A stretch of DNA of 64,000 bases from Eledone cirrhosa. Lineage: Eukaryota. Numbering within the stretch: position 1 is the stretch's first letter; each line of letters starts with the position of its first letter. Both the position numbers and the translations under genes were made by a program. Shown here piece by piece: positions 25,190 through 38,957 of this stretch. Under the pieces are notes generated by a model. The model was given only the letters and a program-made list of their open reading frames with translations, did not search any database and was not told the origin of the DNA. The stretch is from contig OZ024742.1 in NCBI GenBank assembly GCA_964016885.1, positions 292,330,001 through 292,394,000 on the forward strand, read 5' to 3'.

Positions 25190-25650
25190 ATGATGGGTTG
25201 GTGACCACTATCATTAAAACATCAAAGAAACCTCCTATGAGATGGAACCATTTTAAGAGGCCAGCTAAATGTACAAAAGTAAGCTGTAACAACATCACGA
25301 TAGGGTTGGAGATTCTATCATTAAAATACCTGAGAAACCTCCTCTGAGATACAGCCTTGCAGGAGGTCAGCTAAACCTGCGTAATGTAATCTGTAACAAC
25401 AACATGCATATGTGTGTGCATGATGGGACTGAAATCTCCATCATTAAAACTCCCCCCCAAATCCTTCTATGAGATGCAACCTCGCAAGAAGCTAACAAAA
25501 CCTACATAAATGTGAGCTGAAAGAACAACATATATGCATATATATACATTTGTTTGATAGGACTAGAACTCTTATCCTTAAATACCTGAAAAACCACCTA
25601 TACTGTATGACTTTGCAGGAAACCAACTAAGCCTATATATGTGTGAGCAG
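25190..25650 (+). repeat. Diverged ~110-140 bp tandem repeat, about 4 units
   Basis: Recurring TATCATTAAAA..CC.GA.AAACCTCCT.TGAGAT...AGCTAAA. A related unit lies at 60250-60385. Confidence 0.7.
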
Positions 25651-27171
25651 TAAATATCACAATATGTCATCAGCAAAAAATGTTTGAATTTCATATGATG
25701 ATGATGATGATGATACAGCGTAATATTATAGTGCAGTAGCTGTTTTGTACCAGGTAACCCTAACATTCTCTGTTGGTGCTGGTTGTATGTCATAATGTGT
25801 CATGAATGAGCAATCACATTTTGTCAGTAATTATAGCCCTGCTAAATGAGTGATGAAATTCAAGCTCCTACTAAAAAGAAAAGGAATTGGTTTCAACAAG
25901 ATAAAAACGATAAGATAGCTACAGTAAATACTGTAGCATTACTCTGAGAAAGGCTGAGAAATGTATATTATCATCATCATAATCATCACTGTTTTTACAT
26001 CCATTCTTCCATGCAGAGCTTCCCTCATCTTGTTAAGTTCTTTTGTCATAACTTCTATGGGATTCAGTGATTTCAGATCAGCTCTCACCACATCTGCCCA
26101 AGTCTTCCTTGCTCTTTCTCTTTTGAAGCTTCCCTCCTCTGCACAAAACATATATAAAATATATTTTGATATGGTTCAATCTATTGTTGATATTGCTCAT
26201 TATATATCATCATCATCATCGTTTAACATCCATTTTCCATGCTATATTCTTTATTATGGGTAATTGGTGAAACTCCAGAGTAATAAGACTCACAATATAT
26301 ATATGTAATTATGCATGAATTTCTGATGGGTGTTGTAGAGATGTGAACACAGTTAAAAAAGAGTAATCAATACATTGTTAGTGTATAGGCATCTTTATTT
26401 TATATGGAAAAGACTTGTACAGGAATAGAACTGCTCATCGGGTATGTAGATTTAAATCAAAATATTTCCATTCTGCTGATTACACACATACAACATACTG
26501 ATGCTGCAAGAAGAAGAGACTTTCTTTAGAATCATCCTGTTCATGTAATAGAATTGAGTGTTCTTAATTTCTTAATGGTGACACCTACAGTAATTAACAA
26601 ACATTAGTAAATAACTTAGAGTATATATCCTCATCATCATCATCGTTTAATGTCCATTTTCCAAGAACACAACACACAGCTCTTTCCAGGAATCGAACCA
26701 ATGACATTATGATTGTAAGCTCAACACCCTTACCACTAGGCCATGTACCTCCACATAAAAACAGACATTAACAGCAAACATTAAATGGTGATGATGATGT
26801 CTATGTTGCATGATTTATTCAGTCATAAATAGGCAGAGTCATTAAAACATTGGACAGTATTTGTTCCAAGATTCTGCACTCTCTGAGTTCAAATCTTGTT
26901 GAGGTTAACTTTGCCTTTCATCCTTACAAGGTTGATAAGAAAAGACCAGTCAAGTACTGATGTTGATTCTTCCTCTATATCTTTATATTTCTCCACCACC
27001 CCACTCTCTCTCTTCTCTGTGTTCAAAAACCTAGAGAGGGAATGGGTTCCATCAGATTTAAAGTGCCCAAGACATGCAGCATGTTACAACAGTGCCCCTT
27101 TGACACCATCATGAGTTATGGACCCATATATACATACATACATACACACACACATACATACATACACACAT

Positions 27172-29706
27172 ACAAACTCCAAGATAAGAAAACACCAGGA
27201 AGAGACATGATTGTCGGCTACTGGCACAAAAAACTGATATTCTATCGGAGGTATCTTACTGACCTCTACCAACAAGTTCTTAAGGGAGATACACTTATAC
27301 CAGAATGGTTGACATTAGCACAAACATTACTGGTCCCCAAGAACAAAGACACCCACTTGGAAAAAAAACTACCGACCCATTGCATGCCAGAACCTGATGT
27401 ATAAGATGTATACAGCCTGCTTGAACCTATTCCTCCAAGATCACTGTGAAAATAATAACATCATCACAGATGAACAAGCAGCTTGAAAGAGAGGGGTTTG
27501 GGGATGTGCTGAACAACTCCTAATCAACAAAACTGCGATGTCGGAGGTGTGACAACTTAGGAGGAATATGACTACAGTCTGGCTGGACTACAGGAAAGCT
27601 TTCCATTCTGTTCCCCACTCTTGGATTATAGAGGCCCTCCAACTTGCTAAAGTCCCAGACATTATTGTCAGAGCCATAGAGAGGCTGTCTTCTTCTTGGG
27701 CTACTATCCTAAGGTTAAAGACAGAGAGGGAGGACTCTATTTTCACTGATAAAATAAAATATTGCAGGGGTATATTTCAGGGGGACAGTCTCTCTGTGAT
27801 ATTATTCATCTTGTCATTAATCCCCTTGTGCTTCTGCTCAAGAAATGTGAGGGATACATCATTGGCTCACAGGAGGACAGAAATACTAACCTAACCCATA
27901 ATTTCTTTGTGGACGATCTGAAACTCTATCCCAAGAACATGGATGGGATGAAGAAAAATTTTGACCTGGTTACAACGTTCTCAAAGGATATAGGAATGGA
28001 GTTTGGCCAAGATAAATGCTCATACATGACTGTAAAGCGGGGAAAAACAACAACCCAATCTAGCAACATTGTCATCAATGACCTAACTGTTTCACCGATA
28101 TCTGATGACTGCTACAGATATCTGGGGATAGATGAGAACATATCCTATAATGGTATCTGTAATAAAGAATGCGTAACCAGGGAATACTACACCCGATTAA
28201 GAAAGATCTGGTCATCGGAACTCTCTGCACAAAACAAAACAGTGGTTCACAATGTGTTTGCTGTGCCTGTCCTAACACCAACGTTTGGAATACTCAATTG
28301 GACGATAGACGAAATCCGAGCAGTTGATATTGGAACTCCAAAAATACTGAACAACACCGGAAACTTCCACATCAACAGTGACATAGACCGCCTTTACTTG
28401 AAACGTAAGCAGGGAGGCAGAGGCCTAACATCAGTCCAGACAACATTTGAATGTCGCATCATATCTCTCCGACAACATCTACGAACCTCGAAGCGTAGGA
28501 GCCCGTTTCTTGAGCAAGTCTATCTGCATGAAACAGATGAGATCATCAGAGTTGGGAAGGAACTCCTTGAGAGATATTCCCTGTGTGATAATCAAAAACT
28601 CACACCCAGGGATGTCGCTCAGCAGTATCGCAGTGAATCCATGGATGAAAAACTGCATGCCTATCAGCAAAAAATCATGCATGGATATGTTGCCAGGAAG
28701 CTCCAGAGTGAGAGTAATATAGATAAGGAAAGTAGTCTATCTTGGACCAACAACCGCTATATTGGTTCCCACTTTGAAGGATATGCTTTTGCAATCCAGG
28801 AACAGGAGATTAGCACGAAATACCTGATTCACAAAAGAGATAGGGATGCAGGCAAAACACCTAGATGTGATAACAAGTGCAGACTCTGCAGAACTAACAT
28901 CGAGGATATCACCCATGTCATCAGCAGCTGTCCAAAGATGTCATCACGGTACTATCTATCTATGAGGCATGATGTAGTGGCCAAAACACTGTACAGTGCA
29001 GTTCGTAAAAAAGATAGCCCCGATAATAAACACATTAAAAGCTACACCAATGTGGAAGACATCCATGTACATAATATGAAAGAGTACTGGTGGAATGTTC
29101 CAGTAAAAATCCCAATAAAGTGCAGACATAACAGACCAGATATCATGATATGGGACAGGGAGAAGAAAAGATGCACAGTAGTGGAAATTAGCTGCCCAGC
29201 AGATGCCAATATAATATCAAAGATTAGTGAAAAGGAGAATATTTATGCAGAACTGATGAGAAATCTGCAGATACTCCACCCTGATTACACCTTCAGATTT
29301 ATGCCTGTGATTATTGGGGCACTGGGATATGTTAGTAACTGCCTCAATACAGAAGCTAGGCTTCACAGGAACAGAAAGAACACAACTAGTTAGGAAATTA
29401 CAAGTACAATCCATTAATGGAACAGTAAAAATATGTAAAACATTCCAAAAATGTTGCATCTAATAACTGCATATACACATGTACAGATACAAAGCATATA
29501 CACATGCACACATCCAACTCAAAACATCCACATCCACACATACAATAACATCCATATCTACACATGCATGCAGACATGCATGCATACATACATAATCTAC
29601 CTAGTTGATGTTGTGTAAATTCCAATGAGAGAGTCTTGTGTCTATGTTAGAAACCAACTCTCTCTCTATTGGTAAAACTTTGTGAAATTATAAAACCAGA
29701 AGAACA
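27172..29706 (+). mobile_element. R4/Dong-clade non-LTR retrotransposon, 5'-truncated and frameshifted
   Basis: WLDYRKAFHSVPHSWI, GIFQGDSLS, FFVDDLKLY, RLYLKRKQGGRGL, CRLC..IEDITHVISSC, RHD and RPDI..D..E restriction-like endonuclease. Flanked by (TACA)n. Confidence 0.92.
27762..29393 (+). pseudogene. R4/Dong RT C-terminus, CCHC finger and REL endonuclease
   Basis: 543 aa ORF carrying the motifs above; upstream part is disrupted by stops and frameshifts. Confidence 0.88.
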
Positions 29707-29759
29707 TACATACACACATACATACATATACATACATACATACATACACTCATACATAC

Positions 29760-30395
29760 AATAAATGTAGGCTATGTAAATCAAAGATCGAAGATGTTAG
29801 CCACATTGTTGCTAACTGCAAAAGAATGATGTTTTGTTATTACCTCCCCATGAGACACAATGTGATAGCTAGAACCATCTGGAATGCACTTAGGAAAAGA
29901 AAATTAAAAACAAATGAGGAGGAATATGTTGAGATAGATGGCACTAAGGAATACTGGTGGAACCTGAAAATAAAAACTGCCACCAAATTAAAGCACAACC
30001 GGCCTGATATTGTTGTTTGGGACCACACATTAAAAACGTGCTCTGTTGTAGATATCAGCTGCCCACTTGATGTCAACATTGTAAGAAAACTAGAGAAGAA
30101 GAACATCTATGGACCATTGATGCGGAGTTTGCAGATCCAGTATCCAAGATATACCTTCAGCTTCATACCCATTATGGGAGCTACAGGTTATATACCAACC
30201 CGTTTGGACCAAACTATGACTGAACTTGGATTTGTGGACAAAGAGCGCAGCTCCCTAATTCATAGACTATAAATGGCTATGATAGCTGCACCTTCAAAAT
30301 TTGCAAAACATTCTTGCGATTCAAGAGATGACAATTTTTTGCCAGGAAGGTGGCCGATCAAAAATGTATTCGAAATTAAGAAAAAGCGAAACAAA
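29760..30395 (+). mobile_element. Second, diverged R4/Dong 3' fragment
   Basis: KCRLC..IEDVSHIVANC, RHN, HNRPDIVVWD, DISCP. (TACA)n-like sequence on both sides. Confidence 0.88.
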
Positions 30396-30672
30396 TACAT
30401 ATATACATACATGATGGCTGCAACTCGATTTCGAGTAATGCCATCGCTTGATACTTAAGCATGAGCATCACAGTCGTGGCTTTTTAGTCCTGTTAGGGAC
30501 TTGCCTATGGCCAGCAATGCCATGCATCACAAAAAATGTCACATATCAAGCGATGTCTCTGCTTCAAGGTTTTTTAAGTGAGGAAAGACTTTGCATGGGG
30601 CCAATCCCACTCTCCGAACAACAAATGCATTTACCCAAATGAAGAACATACATACATACATACATACATACA

Positions 30673-30787
30673 TAATTTGCAAAACATTCTTGTGATTCAA
30701 GGGATGACAATTTCTTTTTTTTTATAACCTTGCCACCAGGAAGGTGGCCAGTCAAAAATATACTCGAAATAAAGAGAAAGAGAGAAC
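30673..30787 (+). mobile_element. Third R4/Dong extreme 3' end
   Basis: Matches 30298-30393 (ATTTGCAAAACATTCTTG.GATTCAAG...GCCAGGAAGGTGGCC) and ends in GAACATACATAC. Confidence 0.85.
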
Positions 30788-31106
30788 ATACATACGTACA
30801 TACTTGCATACATGCATACATACATAATAGATACATACATTCATAATAGATACATACATACATATATAATAGATACATACATACATATATAATAGATACA
30901 TACATTCATAATAGATACATACATTCTTTTCTATGTTATTCACATAAAGATGTTGTCATAGCTCAGATTAATTCAATTAATTTTGAATTACATGTTGAAA
31001 TCTGTTTTTGATAAATATTGTGTTTTTGTGTTGATCATATAAGTATGGTATAAAGCGCATATATATCTTATATATATGTGTGTGTGTGTGTGTATGTATA
31101 TAAGTA

Positions 31107-31201
<95 letters not shown>

Positions 31202-32164
31202 GTATATATATATATATGTGAATATATATATATATACTCATACACATATATATGTGTGTGTGTGTATGTATATATATATATGTGTATGTATATATATATA
31301 TATACTCATACACATATATATGTATATATTACATTATATATAGCATCATCATTTAACAGCTGTTTCCCCTGCTAGGACAGGTTATACAGATATGCACACA
31401 CACATATATATACATCATATGTATGTGTGTATGTATGTATATACATATGTATGTGTTTGTGATATAATTCAGAGACAACTGAACAAAAAAAAAATCAATA
31501 TTTCCAATTGAAAAACATATATGCATAAGTGTATCTAATATTAGATTTTTTTTTATAATTTCAACTTAACCAACTATAAAAAAAATTTTCTAAACTAATC
31601 TAAATTTTATTTTCTTGAACATTTTTCCTGGCAAGATTTTGTGTAAACATCTAAAAAATAAAATATAATGAAGAAATTTGTATAAAGTGATCTTTGGAAT
31701 GAAATGATATGTACTTAGCATGATGTAAGTAATCATAGGTGCAGGCATGGCTTTGTGGTTAAGGAGTTTGCTTCCCAACCATGCAGTTATGAGTTCACTC
31801 CTACTGCATGACACCTACAAATTTGTTATACTATAGCTTCGGGTTGACCAATACTTTCTAAGTTGACTTTGGTAGAAGTAACAACTGAACAGAAGTCATA
31901 TATATAAATATACATATCATCATCATTTCATTTTACGTCCGCTTTTTCCTGCTTGCAAGGGTGGGATGGAAACTGATTCTGGCTTGATTTCTACAGCTGG
32001 ATGCCCTTCCTAACACCAACCTCATTTATAGTGAGTGCTGGGTACTTTTTTTTTTCCGTGTCACCTACACATCCACTTTACAGTGTGGGCTGGGTGGTTT
32101 TTTTTGCTGTGGCACCTCCACAACCACTTTGCAGTGGAATGATATGGACTCCAGTCCCTATCAT

Positions 32165-32588
32165 CTCATTTCTACAGCTGAGTAACTGGAGAAATGTGAA
32201 ATAAAGTGTCTTGCCCAAAAACACAACACATCACCCGGTCTGAGAATTGAACTCACAACCTTTCGATTGCAAGGCTAATGCTCTAACCACAAAGCCATGT
32301 GCCTCTATATATATACATATATATATGTATATCACCTTGACCGACCAGTCTGTCGGGCGCCAATCGGTGCCTCCGGTCACAGCACATAGTGCTGTTTTAG
32401 CCATAAAATAATGCCATCCCACTGGCTGGGCGAGCAGGCCGGTACTCATTTCTACAGCTGAGTAAACTGGAGCAATGTGAAATAAAGTGTCTTGCTCAAG
32501 GAAACAACACATCACCCGGTCCGAGAATTGAACTCACAACCTTTCGATTGTAAGCCCAATGCTTTAACCACTAAGCCATGTGCCTTCA
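32165..32588 (-). mobile_element. SINE family 2, two head-to-tail copies
   Basis: tRNA-like head GGCACATGGCTTAGTGGTTAAAGC..GTGAGTTCAATTCTC, then GAGCAAGACACTTTATTTCACATTGCTCCAG. Copies at ~32330-32588 and ~32165-32305. Confidence 0.88.
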
Positions 32589-32611
32589 CACACACACACA
32601 TATATATATAA

Positions 32612-33475
32612 GTAGAGTGTTCCTTTATCGGAGATATTAGTGAACCCTCTAGCGAAATTTAAAGCTTTCACTAAAAGAGTCTGAGTAATAGATGGGTAGA
32701 AGTCTACAATGTCAAATTGGGTGAATCTAGAACTATTTTTATCTTTAATATTATTAAAGCAATGTACTACGGAAGAGCTATTTTTCCATTGGAGTAATTC
32801 AGACTTACTTCTAATATGTTTATTTATATTATTTAATTTTTTTTTTCTAGCAAGACCGATTTCAGTCTTAGCAGGGTTGATTAATCTACAACTAGGACGA
32901 TTAATAAAATCAGGTTAGTGATCTTTGAGGGTGATATAGGCATTACGTTTAGCAAGATTTTTAAAAAACTAGCTAATTCTTAAGCTTCCTTATTTATAGT
33001 ATTATAGGTGTTTATATTAGCTATTTGGTATTTAGAGGTGATGTTATCTGTTAAGAGTTGGTCATGTAAGTTATTATTAACTTCGTATAAGTTTTTAGTT
33101 TTGTCAGAGAAAATGAACTTATTTTTAGAAGATTTGAATATTGAAATATCGTTAGATAGCTTAGATTGAAAAGGGTTAGAGTACTTACGGAATTTGATTT
33201 GGTTGATTAAATTAACTAAGTCTAGTTCAATAGCGGTCATATCTTTTAATCTTTGCGGGTATTTATGAGACTTGATATCTAAATATTCTGTAGAGTCCGT
33301 GTTAAAGTGTCCATCGAAAATCAAAGCTTTCCATCTCATTCTTTTAACAATTTTCTCTATTTTGCCTATCAACATTTTAGTGTAGGAAGTGTTAGAAGGT
33401 GTTGGGATATTATTGATGGAGTAATCCAAATGATGTCTATCCATGTTAAAAATCCTTTTGACTGAAGAGTGCTTT
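32612..33475 (-). mobile_element. Naiad-type Penelope N-terminus and start of RT, 3'-truncated
   Basis: ORF 32980-33444 (YSINNIPTPS...KIVKRMRWKA, FSDKTKNLY), continuing past stops with ITLKDH, RLINPAKTEIGL and QFDIVDFYPSI. Confidence 0.9.
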
Positions 33476-34038
33476 TATTCTCATATATTTTTCATTTTTT
33501 TTTATATATGTATTGACCTTCAGCCTGACACTGCTTTGACTGATACACTCCCTTCCCTGTATATATCACTCGCATGTATGTGGTTGCGCGTGTGTGTGTG
33601 TTTATACGCGTGCTTTCATACTTGTATGTGTATATATTTCAATCCTTAGTACCTGAGTCTGGATGTACGTTAACTCTATTATCTTACAATTTCTTTTTCA
33701 ACATATATTACACACGTATTTGTGGTCACACATACACTGATATGCTTGCCCTCATATATGTACTTACGCACACATTTTTTCACTATACACATGCATTTGT
33801 ACATACACACATAGGTACATTTGTGAGTGAATATACACACATTTATACACATACCCCAACTATATTTCCTTATTTTATTTTTATATATCTCTTGCATTAC
33901 TTTTATTTATATATTTTTTTGCCCGTTAAACTTTTGCCTTTCTTGAGGAGATTTTTCAAATATTTCACTATGTTTTAAATTGCCTTGTCCGACAAACCTC
34001 TGGTAATGAGGTAATTATATTGTATTCTTTATTATGCA

Positions 34039-35552
34039 CTAGCATTAAAGCCCGGCGTTGCTCGGGGTCATTAAGTTACCAAAGTTAGGTTGCACCACCC
34101 ATTTTATGGCAGCACTTTTTTGTCTGCCAGGCACTGGGTGAATGAATTGCAGACCTGGAAGCATGAGCTGCGCTAGCAGTGACAATTGTAGTTTCGCCTA
34201 TGGATATTATCTCTGTGCAAAAAAGTGTTGAAATTTATTGTTTCACAGTACTTGCGCAACACGCGCGTAGACGATGCCAGCCGAACAACAGAGCTGCGAT
34301 GGAGTTGTTCTGCATGGTTGTCTGTGTGTTTTATAAATTTAAGACAGTAGGGAGGGTTGTGATATGAGGGAGAGTTAGATGTTGTTTCTAGCAGGTTTAG
34401 TGACCTCATAGAAGATATGTTTTCTAAATTTAAGACAGTAGGGAGGGGTGTGATATGGGGGAGAGTTAGCTGCTGTTTCTAGCAGGTTTAGTAACCTCAT
34501 AGAGGATATGTGTTTTCTAAATTTAAGACAGTAGGGAGTGGTGTGATATGGGGGAGAGTTAGCTGCTGTTTCTAGCAGGTTTAGTGACCTCATAGAAGAT
34601 ATGTTTTCTAAATTTAAGACAGTAGGGAGGGGTGTGGTATGGGGGAGAGTTAGCTGCTGTTTCTAGCAGGTTTAGTGACCTCATAGAGGATATTATTGTT
34701 TATCATTATCTATAAAAGGCAGATTGTTGTTGTTGTTGTGTGTGTGCACATGTTCCATGTTTATACATTTGCACAATTTCAAACCGATTCGACTCAAAGT
34801 CTGTAAGAATCCACGTTCGTTGAGAGGTTTTAAAAAAGATTTATCGCTTGTTGTTGAATAAATGTATCTGTTGCTTTTGAATAATTGTCGTTTGGTATGA
34901 AATGTAATAATTGTTTCTACTTTTTGGGCACAAGGCCAGCAATTCACCAGTACATTACTGGTACTTTATGTAATAATAAACGTTCTCTCTCTCTCTCCCT
35001 CTCACTCTCTTCTCTCTCACTCTTCGGCAATCACGCACGTTGTTTAATTGCTTTAAATGTTGTTAATGAATAGTCGTGTATTTGTGGTTATAAATCCCGC
35101 ACGTTGTTTAATTGCTTTAAATGTTTTTTTATCATTTGAAGTGAGTGTGTGTTTGTATGCGTTTGGAAATAAATCAGTAAGTTTGAAGTATAAAAGAGAA
35201 AGTAGCAAAATGTGTGGGTTGTAGATAGAGGCAAACAGATGATATGAGAGAGTAAAACGGACAGTATCACCATCAAGCTTGGAAAGAGAAAGTAGCAGAA
35301 AGTATGAAGTTGTATAGATTTTGAATGGTAGTGGAAAGGGTTTAGCAGTTTAAATGAGAGAGAAAAATCGTAAAATATTGAGTTTTATCTATTTTTTGCG
35401 TAATTGTGGGTGAAATTGAAAAAATTATATGTGCCAAGACGCAATCGAAGCTATTTCGAATACTGAATTGTAAATTTCAATTGAAGAAATTCTATATCGT
35501 AGATTTCTATAACAAAGGAGCATGTCCATACACTGAGCTTTATAGATTATGA
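34039..35552 (-). mobile_element. Non-autonomous Helitron inserted into a Naiad pseudo-LTR
   Basis: Minus strand: A|TCATAATCTATAAAG 5' end; 3' CCCGAGCAACGCCGGG-CTTTAATG-CTAG|T. The flanks rejoin into a sequence matching 4085-4170. Confidence 0.85.
34328..34692. repeat. ~91 bp tandem repeat, 4 copies
   Basis: AAATTTAAGACAGTAGGGAG..GGAGAGTTAG..TTTCTAGCAGGTTTAGTGACCTCATAG four times. Related in reverse complement to 52945-53105. Confidence 0.95.
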
Positions 35553-35611
35553 TTAAATTTAGCTCTGGTACTTACATAGAGCACTCTTCACTCCTATGAC
35601 TTTTTCAAATT

Positions 35612-37172
35612 TCAGGTTTCTGGTTCACCACTGGATAGAGCTGGACAATTCCGCATGGTCAATCTTAATGTAATAATATGGAGAGTACTCAACGTAAAGC
35701 AGTTCAACCGTCTTTGTTTTTGTAGTTGGTGGTGCTAGTACGGAGTTAAATATTATAATGAAATGACAAGAGGCTGGACTTGTGTAAATCCTTGAAAGGT
35801 TTATTATACTATGATCATTTCAATGACCGGGTTCCGTATGAATCCGGTGATATCATCAGGTATTCGAAATATAATAAATGAATGTAATAGATAAAATCCA
35901 TGGGGCTGAAAATCAAAGACCGGAGGACGACCGCCATCCAGCATCTTCCACCTTTGCCAGTCGCCCTCGAGTGAGGTGGCTAAAGCATATAGTGTGCTAC
36001 TACCGGTCAAATAGAGGAAAACAGAAGGGAGAGGAAGATGAGTGTTAATATCATGCCACAAGAAAAAAGAAGAAGGGGGAAGGAAGAAGAAGAAAAGTCA
36101 GGGTTAGTGTCCAGCTACAAGAAGAAAGACAGAAAGAAAGAGGAAGAAAGGTCGGTACTAATGTCAAACTACAGTCAAGCCAGGAATGTCGCGAAAAAAG
36201 TTTTTTCTAAGGGACCCGTATCTTAACAACTACTACCAGTCAAATATAGGCAAACAAAAAGGGGGAGGAAGATAAGTCAGCGTTAATATCATGCCACAAG
36301 AAGAAAGCCAGAAAGAAGGGGGAAGAGAAAGAAGAAAAGGAAGAAGAAGAAAAGTCAGGGTTAATGTCGAGCTACAAGAAGACATAAAGAAAGAGGAAAG
36401 AAAGGTCGGTACTAATGTCAGACTACAGTCAGGCCAGAAATGGCGCGAAAAAAATTTTTTTTTTTTCTAAGGGAGCCGTATCTTAGCAGAGGTAAATATA
36501 GTGGGGGGCTGTATGTTATAATGTGTGAGCAGAAGATTGGAACGTTACATTTTTGTTTAGATTTATAGGATGAAGTTAAAAAATTAATATTTAATATTAA
36601 CATTATAAAATTAAAGAAATTAGAAAATTGAAAATTAAACAGTTTAACATTTTTAAGGTTGCGAGGTTTAAGCAAAGAAAGAGTCTTTTATGAAGAAACT
36701 TAAATTTTATTATAGAGTAAAGATTATGTCTTTGTTTAGCCGTCAAACAGCATGCGGCGGCTACAGGCTTGGGCAGCCCATCACTCCGAGTGATATCGCC
36801 TAGCGAAAGATATGGAAATCAATTTTTCTGAGCATTCTAGGAATGTATAACAGGCTTCAGGTGCGCCAGCGGGAAGTCAGCCCGCATCGTTAGGCCATCC
36901 TTGTACAAAACCAGTACTATTCATTTACCCAGGAGGGGATTTGCTTAAGTAGAGGGAGGCGTGATACATCTAATAGTTATGATTAGATCTGTAATTTAAA
37001 GGTACTATATGGCGGTCAAAAAACCGGCTGCGTGCCGGGCCCCTGGGGCTAATCAAGCCACTCCGAGTAGTTTCATTTACCGAAAGAAGGGGAAATTTAT
37101 TTTTCCAAGCATTCAAGGTAGGCCTGTGCGCCAGGGGGCCGGTCCCGCCGCCAGGAAACCAACCCAACAGTC
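35612..37172 (-). mobile_element. Penelope-associated 3' UTR/pseudo-LTR (family X), split by a ~985 bp insertion
   Basis: 35612-35748 plus 36733-37172 are collinear, in reverse complement, with 39235-39857. Confidence 0.65.
35806..35863 (-). ncRNA. Minimal type I hammerhead ribozyme
   Basis: ATAC-CTGATGA-TATC-ACCGG..CCGGT-CATT-GAA-ATGATCAT-A-GTAT. Confidence 0.82.
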
Positions 37173-37268
37173 CGACAGAAAGTTGGAACGTTAAATTATT
37201 GTTTAGATTTATAGGATGAAGTTGAAAAAATTCAGAAAAATAACATTATAAAATTAAAGAATTTTCGA

Positions 37269-37326
37269 ATACCTGATGATATCACCGGATTCATACGGAA
37301 CCCTGTCATTGAAATGATCATAGTAT
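37269..37326 (+). ncRNA. Hammerhead ribozyme, inverted copy of 35806-35863
   Basis: Lies in the 120 bp inverted repeat 35749-35869/37263-37383; one stem II mismatch. Confidence 0.8.
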
Positions 37327-37399
37327 AATAAACCTTTCAAGGATTTACACAAGTCCAGCCTCCTGTCATTTCATTATAATATTATATATATATATATGC

Positions 37400-37505
<106 letters not shown>

Positions 37506-37978
37506 TTAAAGTATATGATAAACACGAAATGTGTTTACATTGCAACAGACAAAGTTAGCTATTAATGAAATAAACTAATAAAAGTGAATACAATTTGTCT
37601 GTCTCGATACAAGTCAATAAAGACAAGATTATATTGGCAACGGCCATGATTCCTGGACATATTTAAATTTCAAAATTCAAACCTGTTCTGTAGACGAATT
37701 TGAACCTCGAAATCCAAATAAGTTTCGCAACGGTGGAATGTGAATTGAAAAATAAAGAGAATCGAAATGGAATAGAAATAAAAGAGTGAAATGTCCAAAT
37801 CTTCTGTGCTTATCAACAGGAATCCAGTAAGATTAGTCTATCTCACATCAAAAATTTTGCAGGTCTGACTACACGTGGGTAGGCAGGCCAAAACTAGCTA
37901 TCCCACATTCACGGTGCTAGAAATAACAGCCGCTTATGCAGGATTAAGGATCAGCTCTTACAATAAAGGAGCTATACA

Positions 37979-38146
37979 TTATATTATATTTTGAGAATAA
38001 ACTCTCAGTCGTTTACAATAATTAAGCTCCAGGAAGGGGCTCTTCCGAGCAGTTAATACATTTAAAGTATATGATAAACACGAAATGTGTTTACATTCCT
38101 GGAGCTTAATTATTGTAAACGACTGAGAGTTTATTCTCAAAATATA

Positions 38147-38152
<6 letters not shown>
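37979..38152. repeat. 57 bp inverted repeat with a ~60 bp spacer
   Basis: TTATATTATATTTTGAGAATAAACTCTCAGTCGTTTACAATAATTAAGCTCCAGGAA and its reverse complement. The spacer repeats 37501-37541. Confidence 0.9.
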
Positions 38153-38188
<36 letters not shown>

Positions 38189-38456
38189 TATTCGAAATAT
38201 AATAAATGAATGTAACAGATAAAATCCATGGGGCTGAAAATCATAGACCCGAGGACGACCGACCATCTAGCATCTTCCACTTTAGCCGGTCGCCCTCAAG
38301 TGCTGGCTATTCGGTCTACTTAAGGCTATCTGGTGAGGGGGCGATAGCTTATAATGTGCTACTAACCTCCCGGTCAAAGAGAAAAAAAGACAGAAAGAAA
38401 GAAGAAAAGTCAGTGTTAATGTCATGCTACAATCAGGCTAGGAATTGCCGCGAAAA

Positions 38457-38922
38457 ATGACCAACTCTATCCAGTGGTGAACCTTCAAACCTAAATAAAT
38501 AATGCTCCTGAAATGTTGAGCACTTCCAGATGTAGTAATGAACAGCAGCATGGGACTGACTTGATCTACTCACCATTCTGATTTTGGTTACTCTGCACTT
38601 TGTCTACTGCCCACCTGGTCCAATGCTACCTCCCTGTCGGGAATATTCAGACTTCGACAAAATTCTGCGGATTATACCATAACCTGTATTGTACTGTACT
38701 GTATTGAATGAATTCTCTACCCTATACTTCAGGGCCTTTGTAATTCACGCTAAATCCTGAGGCTCGAACACACACTGATTCCATCTCTTCCATCCTCTAT
38801 ATCTATATGCATTATCTAACTGCAACTTGGTCTATATTGTATTTCCCCTGTGTTTTGCTTTCTCCGATATGTTCGTATATACTTCCGTCTTACTCCACCA
38901 CCACCCTAGCTATGACGGCGTT

Positions 38923-38957
<35 letters not shown>

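Noticed and set aside
34328-34692. Regularly spaced repeats resembling a CRISPR array
   Set aside because: Whole ~91 bp units repeat with no unique spacers, no cas genes, eukaryotic context.
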